A DNA stretch of 32,950 nucleotides from Gemmatimonadota bacterium (GTDB lineage Bacteria > Latescibacterota > UBA2968 > UBA8231): assembly GCA_038153405.1 (NCBI GenBank), contig JAYOYH010000048.1, forward strand, positions 1-32,950. Reading direction: 5' to 3'. Under the pieces are notes generated by a model. The model made no database searches and had not been told where the DNA came from. It worked only from the letters and a program-made list of their open reading frames with translations. How positions within the stretch are numbered: position 1 is the stretch's first letter; each line of letters opens with the position of its first letter. This document shows, one piece after another, positions 1 to 8,800 of this stretch. The position numbers were made by a program, and so were the translations under genes.

Positions 1-119
1 ATCACTTCGCAATCGACGATCCGATCGCAGTACTTTTCCAACTTGCTGCACGACTGAGCGATATGGCTCTTTGTTTCCTCCGATACCTTTTCGCGACGAA
101 TGCTAATTCTGGGCTGCAT
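1..119 (-). CDS. Ribosome hibernation promoting factor / RaiA-like protein (5' part; runs off the window)
   Basis: Not in the ORF track. Translated by hand from ATG 119: MQPRISIRREKVSEETKSHIAQSCSKLEKYCDRIVDCEV. This fits the HPF/S30AE N-terminus (..HI.....KLEKY.D.I.D.EV). RBS AAGGAG at 131-126. Confidence 0.7.
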   Translation of the reverse strand, partial: MQPRISIRREKVSEETKSHIAQSCSKLEKYCDRIVDCEV

Positions 120-208
120 CACCTGCTCCTTTCGATAGGATGGGTAATTCACACCAAAACAAACAGCAGTACTCGTACCACTCGTTAACCCAACGCGCAG
201 AAAGTACT

Positions 209-1156
209 TCACAGGGCGCGTTCTACGTGCTTGGGATTGCGCCTGTGGCCCATTGAACGCTCCATGTAGTCGTCCAGCAGTTCGATATCGAATTCGGCGA
301 CCAAGTCTGCGCAGCTGCGCTCTGCGCTCTCGCTGCTTATTAGCACAGCACCCAGATATCCGGGGTCAAAAACGGAGACCGCCGTCCCATAGCGCGCGCG
401 CATCGCGCGCAGTTTGTCCCAGTTGAAGTCCAAATGCGCCACCTCGCAATCGAGATTAATTTCAGCCGTGACAAAGTCGAAGTAGTTGGTCGTGCTGGCG
501 ACCTGGTGCCCCACCGGAGACAGCACGGCGCTGGGCAGACCGCAGACGGCCGTAACCAAGTGTGCTCGACAGGCATAGGCCCAGTAGCCCTGCATGATAC
601 CACCGTGATACATTGAGGGGAAAAGCAGCAGGTCGGGACGCGCTTCGACGTGGCGCTGGCGAATTTCGGCAAAGTTCAGGTCAAAGCAGATCGCAGCACC
701 AACGCGGCCAAAGTCACACTCTATGAGCGACGCATCAGCCCCGCAGAGAATACCGGCCTCCGTCGTCTCGGTGATCACGGGAAAATTCTTGTTGTAGGTG
801 CCGGCGACCGCACCCTGGCGATCGATAAGTTGCAGAGAGTTGCGCCAGCTGCCATCGCCCATTTCGCGCACGGCGGCATAGGCCATATAGCAGCGGTGCA
901 CGCGCGCCATTTCGGCAAAGAAGTCGCGAATGCTGTCGCCCCGATAGCGATAGTACTCCAGGCGCTCCTCCATGGAATGGGCCGGGTAGCGATCGCAACA
1001 CTCGGGCACGACGACGAGGTCCGGCCGATCGGGCCACACCTGTGCAAAGCGATTTTTCCAATGCGCTATCATGCTTTCTACGGCCGCTTTCCCTGTACCG
1101 GGATTATCTATTCTCGCGTTAGCACCGATCGTGGAGACTCTTATTTTATTAGACAT
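209..1156 (-). CDS. Carbon-nitrogen hydrolase (nitrilase superfamily)
   Basis: Glu-Lys-Cys triad motifs VVPEC, YNKNFP and AICFDLNF. Start trimmed to MSNKIRV (ATG 1156). Confidence 0.85.
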   Translation of the reverse strand: MSNKIRVSTIGANARIDNPGTGKAAVESMIAHWKNRFAQVWPDRPDLVVVPECCDRYPAHSMEERLEYYRYRGDSIRDFFAEMARVHRCYMAYAAVREMGDGSWRNSLQLIDRQGAVAGTYNKNFPVITETTEAGILCGADASLIECDFGRVGAAICFDLNFAEIRQRHVEARPDLLLFPSMYHGGIMQGYWAYACRAHLVTAVCGLPSAVLSPVGHQVASTTNYFDFVTAEINLDCEVAHLDFNWDKLRAMRARYGTAVSVFDPGYLGAVLISSESAERSCADLVAEFDIELLDDYMERSMGHRRNPKHVERAL

Positions 1157-1271
1157 TGTAGCACCTGTTGTATTATTTTGTACGTTCGCTTCGGAGCGGT
1201 CGAGCCCCAATACCACTAATCTGCCTCTTCGAACCTGCTGTTATTATACACTGTTCTCCCTTTTGGGTTCA

Positions 1272-4121
1272 ATGCCAACTTTACATTCCCGCCTCACCGT
1301 TTGCGCATTGACGGCTTTCTCGCTGGCCATGGCGTCGGTGGCCCTACACTCTGTGCAATGGCTCGGAGATGGCTTTGGGCATGCGCTGATGGAGTGGACG
1401 GCCGCGTGCCTGGCGCTCTCAGTAGGTGGACTGGCACTCTTGCACTACCGCGTGCAGGGCAGCCCTATTTCGCTCTTTCTCGGTTTCGGATTTTTCGGTA
1501 CAGCATTGCTCGATGCCTACCACGTATTCGCAACATCGCAGCACTTGGCATCCAACCTCGAATCCCTATCTCACTGGAGTTGGTCGGCCTCTCGGCTCTT
1601 TTTGGCCCAATACCTCTTCGTCACCTACGCGATACTCAGTCGCCAACCGCCGTCGGGCGATGCCGAGCCCCCGAGCCTGATAACGGCATTGATCAGTGCC
1701 GCCGGTTTGGCGCTAGTCAATGCGGCCTTTTTCACATTCTTCGACCTGCCGCCTGCTCATCTCGACGACTTCTTCCTCAGCCGACCAAGCGAGCTAGCCC
1801 CGGCGCTGTTCTTCGCCCTCGCCCTGTTCGGCTATATGCGGGCGGGCGGCTGGCGCACCTCGGCTATAGAGTACGGGCTGGTCCTATCGCTCGTCGTAGG
1901 CATTGGCGCCCAAGTGGCCTTTATGGCGCTTTCTCAGCAGCCCTTTGATGCGATGTTCGGGGCCGCGCACTTGCTCAAGATACTCTCCTATGGCTTGCTA
2001 TTGTGCGGCTTGTTTATCGCCGTAAGCCAACGGGAACCAGCGACCAACGGCGTCATCGAAGCCGCGGAGCCGACCGCCGCAACCGATAGCGCCACTCTGG
2101 ACGAGCTCAAGGTTGCGCACCTAGAAATGGAAGAGGCGCGCATAATGGCCCAAGAGGCGCGGGCGATGGCCAATGCTGCTCAGCAGAGCAAGAACCAGTT
2201 CTTGGCCAATATGACCCACGAAATCCGCACGCCAATGAACGCCATCATCGGCATGACCGAACTCGTGCTAGAGACGCCCCTAGAAGACGACCAGCGCGAG
2301 TATCTAACCATTGTCAAAAACTCGACCTACTCGCTGCTCCAAGTCGTCAACGACATACTCGACTTTTCCGAGGCATCGGATGAGGACATCGACTTGGAGC
2401 AGGTCGACTTTGCCCTGCGCGAATCAATCGAAGGCGTGTGCAACGCCACCGCCCTACGAGCCCACGACCGCGGCATCGAATTGAACTACCATATTTCTGT
2501 GAACGTGCCGGATAGTCTGGTGGGCGACCCGCGGCGGCTGCGCCAGATCTTGCTCAACCTGCTGAACAATGCCACAAAATTTACTGACGAGGGCGAGATT
2601 GAACTGCGCGTTGAATGCGCCAGTCTAGGCCGCGATAGCGCAGAACTGCATTTCTCCGTGCGCGATACGGGCATCGGCATCCCCCTCGAACAGCAAAAGA
2701 CGATTTTCGAGCCCTTTACTCAGGCCGATGCCTCGACCACGCGACAGCACGGAGGCATGGGTCTGGGACTTACGACGGGCTACCAACTCGTGCAACGCAT
2801 GGGTGGCACTATGTGGGTCGAAAGCGAGCAGGGCGTGGGCAGCACATTTAACTTCACTGCTCGATTTGGCTTAAAGGGCGTATTAAATACAGCCGAAAAT
2901 GGCACTCTCCCAACGCACTCCTCGCTCGAGCGCATTCTAGTCGTCGACGATACGAAAACCAACCGACGCATTATGATGGAGGTGCTCCATCGCTGGGAGA
3001 TACGCGCCGACGAGGTAGACAGCGGCCCGACTGCGCTCGATGCACTGCGCCAAGCAGCAGCCGATGGCGATCCTTTCACTATCGTTCTACTCGACATGAT
3101 GATGCCGCAAATGGACGGCCTGGAAGTGGCCCGGCAAATAGCGGCCGACGAAACCCTGCGCGCCAAAGTCATTCTCTCCACCTCTTCCAAAGAGATCCTT
3201 ACCGACTCGGGCGACGGTAGCTCGGGCATTGACGTCGTACTGCGCAAACCCATATCGCAGTCCATCCTGTTTAACGCACTCCTGCAACTGGAAGGCATCA
3301 ATGCCATCACACTGCAAGAGCCGCTGCCCGTGCAGCTGCAACCGCAGCGCCCGCTGCGCCTCTTGTTAGCCGAAGACAACGTCCTCAATCAGACGATTAT
3401 CACATCCATGCTCAAAAGAGCGCAGCACGAGGTCGTGGTCGTCGACAACGGACAGTCGGCCGTGGAGCAAAGTGCCCAAAGCGCCTTTGACGCCGTGCTA
3501 ATGGACGTGCAAATGCCCATCTTAGACGGATTAGAAGCGACAAAGGCAATCCGCCAGCGAGAAGCCGAACAGGGCTTGCCTCGTCTGCCAATCATCGGAT
3601 TGACGGCGCATTCCATGCAGGAACGGCGCGCGCAGTATATCCAAGAGGGCATGGATGCCTGCACTTCCAAACCCATAAGTTCCAAAGACCTGTTCGAGAT
3701 TATCCATTCGACCGTCGGCCCGTTGTCGGACGCAGAAGAAGCACACGCGCAAGTACAAGACTCGCCAGCGCACATAACCTTTGAACGAGAGGACGTGCTG
3801 GAGCGTTGCGGAGGAGACGCAACGCTGATGATGCAATTGGTAAATATCTTTCGCTCTGACTGTCCCGGCTACATCGAAAAGGTGCGCGAAGCCTTCGCAT
3901 CTGGGGATAAGGCTGCCATCGGCCAGGCAATTCACTCATTCAAAGGCCCTCTCGCCACGCTCGGATTTAATGCCACTCTACAGCGGATTACAGCGCTCTA
4001 CAATCAATGCCAAAGCAACGATAGTCCACCCAGTGCCGACATGCTGGGCGAACTTGAGAGCGATATGGAGCACATTATATCCCTGCTCGACGAACTGGCC
4101 GCAAACAGCGCCGACGCATAG
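1272..4121 (+). CDS. Multi-TM hybrid sensor histidine kinase (membrane sensor-HisKA-HATPase-REC-REC-Hpt)
   Basis: About 7 hydrophobic helices, H-box [19 protein letters not shown]-box [11 protein letters not shown]-boxes DTGIGI and GGMGLGL, receiver motifs LLDMMMP and LMDVQMP, Hpt motif IHSFKG. Start moved to ATG 1272 to avoid overlap with the divergent gene. Confidence 0.93.
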   Translation: MPTLHSRLTVCALTAFSLAMASVALHSVQWLGDGFGHALMEWTAACLALSVGGLALLHYRVQGSPISLFLGFGFFGTALLDAYHVFATSQHLASNLESLSHWSWSASRLFLAQYLFVTYAILSRQPPSGDAEPPSLITALISAAGLALVNAAFFTFFDLPPAHLDDFFLSRPSELAPALFFALALFGYMRAGGWRTSAIEYGLVLSLVVGIGAQVAFMALSQQPFDAMFGAAHLLKILSYGLLLCGLFIAVSQREPATNGVIEAAEPTAATDSATLDELKVAHLEMEEARIMAQEARAMANAAQQSKNQFLANMTHEIRTPMNAIIGMTELVLETPLEDDQREYLTIVKNSTYSLLQVVNDILDFSEASDEDIDLEQVDFALRESIEGVCNATALRAHDRGIELNYHISVNVPDSLVGDPRRLRQILLNLLNNATKFTDEGEIELRVECASLGRDSAELHFSVRDTGIGIPLEQQKTIFEPFTQADASTTRQHGGMGLGLTTGYQLVQRMGGTMWVESEQGVGSTFNFTARFGLKGVLNTAENGTLPTHSSLERILVVDDTKTNRRIMMEVLHRWEIRADEVDSGPTALDALRQAAADGDPFTIVLLDMMMPQMDGLEVARQIAADETLRAKVILSTSSKEILTDSGDGSSGIDVVLRKPISQSILFNALLQLEGINAITLQEPLPVQLQPQRPLRLLLAEDNVLNQTIITSMLKRAQHEVVVVDNGQSAVEQSAQSAFDAVLMDVQMPILDGLEATKAIRQREAEQGLPRLPIIGLTAHSMQERRAQYIQEGMDACTSKPISSKDLFEIIHSTVGPLSDAEEAHAQVQDSPAHITFEREDVLERCGGDATLMMQLVNIFRSDCPGYIEKVREAFASGDKAAIGQAIHSFKGPLATLGFNATLQRITALYNQCQSNDSPPSADMLGELESDMEHIISLLDELAANSADA

Positions 4122-4181
4122 AGGGCCACTTGCGGTCACCTATGGTCAGCGCAGGCTAAAGCGGTCTTTTATACCAGAACG

Positions 4182-4224
4182 ACAACGCGGCGGGGCGCTT
4201 ATGCGCCCCGCCGCGTTGTTCTTT
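4182..4224. terminator. Intrinsic terminator, probably bidirectional, between the convergent kinase gene and gltA
   Basis: Perfect 17-bp stem ACAACGCGGCGGGGCGC / GCGCCCCGCCGCGTTGT with a TTAT loop, followed by TCTTT on the + strand. Confidence 0.8.
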
Positions 4225-4246
4225 GTACCTGTATCTACGCGCGCGA

Positions 4247-5527
4247 CTAACGCTCGGCCATCGGCACATATGCGCGCTGCTGCGCTCCCGTATAGACCTG
4301 GCGCGGACGGCTGATTTTGGTAAACTTGCTCTCCTCGTTCCACTGGGCTATCCAGCCGGGCATGCGACCGATGGCAAACATCACCGTGAACATTTCCTTG
4401 GGTATGCCGATGGCACGCAGAATAACGCCGCTGTAGAAGTCGACATTGGGATAAAGTTTGCGCGAAATAAAGTAGTCTTCCTCTAGAGCTGCCGCCTCCA
4501 ACTCCTCTGCCATGGCCAGCATCGGATCGTCCATATTCAGCTTGGCCAAGACGTCGGCGCAGATATTTTTGATGATATTGGCGCGTGGGTCGAAGTTCTT
4601 GTATACCCGGTGGCCAAAGCCCATGAGGCGAATGCCATTCTTCTTGTCTTTGACTTGGGCAACAAACTCCTTGACGGACAGGCCTTCGGCAATCATGCTC
4701 TCGAGCATATCAACTACGGCTACATTGGCACCGCCGTGCAGCGGTCCCCACAGCGCGCAGACACCGGCGGCGACCGATGCGAAGAGGTTGGCTTCGCTGC
4801 TGCCAACCATGCGCACGGTCGAAGTCGAACAGTTTTGCTCGTGATCGGCGTGCAGGAGTAAGATCGTATCCAACGCACGCACGATTACCGGATCTGGCTC
4901 GAAATCCTTGTAGGGCTGGCTGAACATCATATGTAAGAAGTTGGCGCTGTACTTTTTGTCCGGGTGCGGGTAGACGATGTTGTAGCCCAGCGCATGGCGA
5001 TAGGAGAAGGCAGCTATTGTGCGCACCTTAGCCATGATCCGCGCGACCGCTTCATGAAACGAGTTATCGTCTGTTATTTCCAGCAGCTGCGGGTGAAAAC
5101 AGCTCAGCGCGTTGAGCACGGAAGACAGCACGGCCATTGGCGGGGAGCTCGAAGGGAACAGGTCAAAGTGGCGGCGAATGGCCTCGTGCAGCATCTGATG
5201 GCCGGTCAGCAGGTCACTGAATTTGCGCAGCTGCTCTTGCGTGGGCAGTTCACCCCAAATAAGCAAATAGGCCGTCTCAATAAACGTGCTCTTTTCCGCC
5301 AGCTCTTCAATCGGATAACCGCGGTAGCGCAAAATGCCCTTCTCGCCGTCGATAAAAGTGATATCGCTCTGGCAGGAACCGGTGTTGCCATACCCCTGAT
5401 CCAGCGTAACGTACCCCGTTTCGGCGCGCAGCTTAGAAATATCGATCGCCCGTTCGCCTTCTGAACCGACGACTATGGGCAATTCAACGCTCTTGTCCCC
5501 CAAAATTAACTTTGCTGTATCGGCCAT
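4247..5527 (-). CDS. gltA: Citrate synthase (type II)
   Basis: LHADHEQNCST, LWGPLHGGAN, LMGFGHRVYKNFDPR and LYPNVDFYSG motifs; RBS AAGGAG upstream. Confidence 0.98.
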   Translation of the reverse strand: MADTAKLILGDKSVELPIVVGSEGERAIDISKLRAETGYVTLDQGYGNTGSCQSDITFIDGEKGILRYRGYPIEELAEKSTFIETAYLLIWGELPTQEQLRKFSDLLTGHQMLHEAIRRHFDLFPSSSPPMAVLSSVLNALSCFHPQLLEITDDNSFHEAVARIMAKVRTIAAFSYRHALGYNIVYPHPDKKYSANFLHMMFSQPYKDFEPDPVIVRALDTILLLHADHEQNCSTSTVRMVGSSEANLFASVAAGVCALWGPLHGGANVAVVDMLESMIAEGLSVKEFVAQVKDKKNGIRLMGFGHRVYKNFDPRANIIKNICADVLAKLNMDDPMLAMAEELEAAALEEDYFISRKLYPNVDFYSGVILRAIGIPKEMFTVMFAIGRMPGWIAQWNEESKFTKISRPRQVYTGAQQRAYVPMAER

Positions 5528-5577
5528 GATCGGTTCTCCTTTTCCATTCCGGGCACCCTAGCGGGTGCGGCTGTATG

Positions 5578-5606
5578 ATAGTATACTCATAGCCGGTCCC
5601 TGTCAA
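5578..5606 (-). promoter_or_regulatory. Sigma70-type promoter of gltA
   Basis: TTGACA (5606-5601), 17-bp spacer, TACTAT (5583-5578) on the minus strand. Confidence 0.7.
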
Positions 5607-5895
5607 CATCGCTCCGACGGGGAACGCAGCGCGTGCGTGAGACGTCTTTCGCGATTGGATTCGCCCCCTATAAGCGCTGATCCGCGCTGGACTTTTTGGC
5701 GTGAAAACCTTAGTTAAAAGCATGCGTCGTAGCCTGCCCAATGCCAACGGGCTCGACGCCGCAATGCGGCCTATAGCACCCCCTTTCGCACCGAGAGCGC
5801 GGTGCTCTGGTAGAAGAGAGCACAAGGCCGCCCACTCGACCGAGACCGACTCCGTTTTGAACAACCATCTCGCGCGCATTTCAGCCCGACGACCC

Positions 5896-8800
5896 ATGCC
5901 GCTGTTCCTCTTACTTTTCTTCTGCGTGGTGAATGTGGACGCTTCGGTGCGGCCGCTACTAAACGTGCTGAAAAGCGATGCCAACGGCTTGGTGCTGGAC
6001 GTATTTCCACCTGCCCTACCCGCTGAGTGGGCGACTGCGCCATCCGGAATGGCACGCCTCGACTCGGCGCAGCTGCCCTTTATCAGTCGCCTCGTCGCCG
6101 CGCCAGCCGATGCCCAACTCGACGTGCGCGTGCGCCGCGCTGACTACGAAGAGTTCACCGACGTGGAAATGGCGTCCCAAGATCCATACGACCTAGTCGC
6201 CAGTCGCTACGTCGGCCTAATGCGCGGCATACCCACCCACGCCCTACAGTTGTACCCCTATAGCTACGACGCAGAATACCGCACACTGCGCATCTATACC
6301 CATCTGCGCATTGAAATACGCTTTATTGGAGGGCGCAGGGCAAAAGCAGCGAAGCCCGCGCATGCGGCAGATGTTGCTGCATTCCTCAACGCAGAACAGG
6401 CCGCCAGCTTTTCCGCGCCCGCTCCGCAGGCGAAGATAGCCCAAGACAGTTGGTACGAAGCAGCACGACCGTGGATCCGCATGCACGTCGAGACCGACGG
6501 CCTCTACCGAATCGACCGCGCCTGGCTGGCGCGCATGGCCGACGTGGATTCCATTGACCCGCACACGCTGCAGCTATTCTATCGAGGTGAGGAACAGCCA
6601 CTCCACGTCGCCGGCGAAAGCGACGGCCGTTTTGACGAGGGCGATTACCTGCTCTTTTACGGGCGCTTTCGCCGCGGCCCGCGCGATCACGAAAGCACCT
6701 ACGGCCGCGAGAACGCCTACTGGCTAACTTGGGGGAGCCAGCCAGGACGGCGCTATGCCGAGCGCAGTGGTGCCCCCAATGGAGCGTTCCCGCAGGTGCA
6801 TTCATTCTGGCACACCGAGCATTTTGAACGCGACCTGTATTTCGACATGCTCACGTCGGCACCCGACGCCGAGCGCGATCACTGGTTTTGGACGCTCAAC
6901 AACAAACCACTCACCGCTACGAAACCCGACGTGCCTTCCGCTGCAGAATTTCCCGGCGACCTGCTCTATCCCGACATGGAGCGCGAGTACGATGCCCAGA
7001 TCCGCGTAGCGCTACACGGCGCATCCGATTTGGCCCATCATACCGTGCTCAAGCTCAACGCGCGCGAGGTGCTAGTAGACACGGTATGGGGTGCAGCGGG
7101 TGCGGGGATGATCGACTTTCTCTGCGAGGCAACGGTCCGCTCGAGCCTGCTAAAGGACGGGCGCAACCGCATACTCCTACAGGTATTCGCCGATCAGGCC
7201 AAGTTCGACCTGATGTGGTTCAACTGGTTTGAGGTCGACTATTTTCGCCGCTTTATCGCCCATGTCGGCTACCTAGAATTCGCTTACCCACCTTCCGAAG
7301 GTCACCGCATAGAGGCGCAGCGCTTTACCCATCCCCACATCGAGATATTCGAGCTGCATTCCGCTGCGCGGCTAGTCGACTTTTCCATAGCGGACGACAG
7401 CGGGGCCTACGCAGCCACATTCGAGGATCGCACGGACGGCGAAGCGCACTACGTTATGGCCGACAGCGCGAGCTTCCTCAGACCGCGTGGGATTCGCGAC
7501 ACGGCCTCCAACTGGCGCGGCTTCCCCGGAGCCGACTACCTGATCATCAGCGACCCGCGGCTAGTCGATGCGGCCGAACGCCTGGCCGAGCACCGCCGTG
7601 CAACGGGCCTGAGCGCAGCGGCCATCTCTAGCCAAGACCTGTATGATGAATTCAACTACGGCCTGATGGATGCCGAAGCCATCGCCTCTTTTATAGAGCA
7701 CGCCTACCATCGCTGGGCGCAGCGACCGCGCTACGTCCTTTTGCTCGGCGACGACACTTGGGACTATCGCAACATCATTGGCGGCGGCCGTCCAACTCTC
7801 GTTCCCAGCCTCTACTACCAATCGCGCGGGCGCGGTTTGGCGCCCAGCGACTTTCTCTATGCGCTGATCGACGGCGACGATTTGCTGCCCGATCTTTCGA
7901 TAGGTCGACTCGCCGCCTCTTCGCCTGCGGAAGCTGACGCCGTAGTCGATAAAATAATCGCCTATGACACACCGGCTGAAGGCGCCTGGCGCACGCGTGC
8001 TATATACCTGGCCAACCACCATCCCAAAGCGATCTTTTCTCAGCCCAGCGACTCGCTGGCCGCGCGCTATACCGAACCCATAGGCCTGCAGTCGGTCAAG
8101 ATTTACAACCCCGATGAAGGCGCTATTCCCAATGCGACCGGGCGTTCGTTTGTCGACGCGCTCAACGACGGTGCGCTGCTGCTCAACTTCAACGGCCACG
8201 GCAGTCCCGGCACCATGCAGTCGCTCTTCACGCTGAGCCTGCCCGACTGGGGCTATCTGGCCCAGGTGCAAAACGGGCGGCACCTGCCGTTGATCCTAGC
8301 CCTGTCCTGCCTCAATGGCCTCTTTTCCAATCCCACGGTCACGGGGTTGGCCGAGGCGTTCACCAACCGCAAAGAAGGCGGCGCCATCGCCTATATCTCG
8401 GCCAGCGCCAAGAGCTTTGTCGCCCAAAACGATCTGCTCAGCGACCGCTTTTACGACGCGCTGTTGGCCGTCGAAAGCCTTCCTTTTGGCGCAGCACTCG
8501 ACGTCGCTAAAGCCCAAGTGCTGAGCGCACACTCTAGCTGGGTCGATGCCGTCCTCACGATGCAGTTGGTCGGCGATCCAGCCCAGAAGTTGGCCCTGCC
8601 CGCTGCGCCCGACTACGTCGCGCTAGCGCTCGACCTGTATGCCGAGCCGGTGCGCGGGCACAGCACGGTAGAAATCGGCGCCCGGCTGGTAAACTACGGA
8701 CGCCTGAGCACCGATAGCCTGCGCGTCGAACTGCTGCTATACGATGGCGTCGGCGATGTTCCCGATACGCTGCAGCGCGTTGTCGAACCGCCTTTCAGCG

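Noticed and set aside
1071..1271. N-terminal extensions of the kinase (from 1071) and the C-N hydrolase (from 1216)
   Set aside because: They would make the divergent genes overlap head to head. Downstream ATGs at 1272 and 1156 leave a normal promoter gap.
5785..5830. Purine-riboswitch-like TTCTACC..GCACCG on the minus strand upstream of gltA
   Set aside because: It lacks the P2/L2 consensus and the CCGUAAA loop, and it lies upstream of the predicted gltA promoter.
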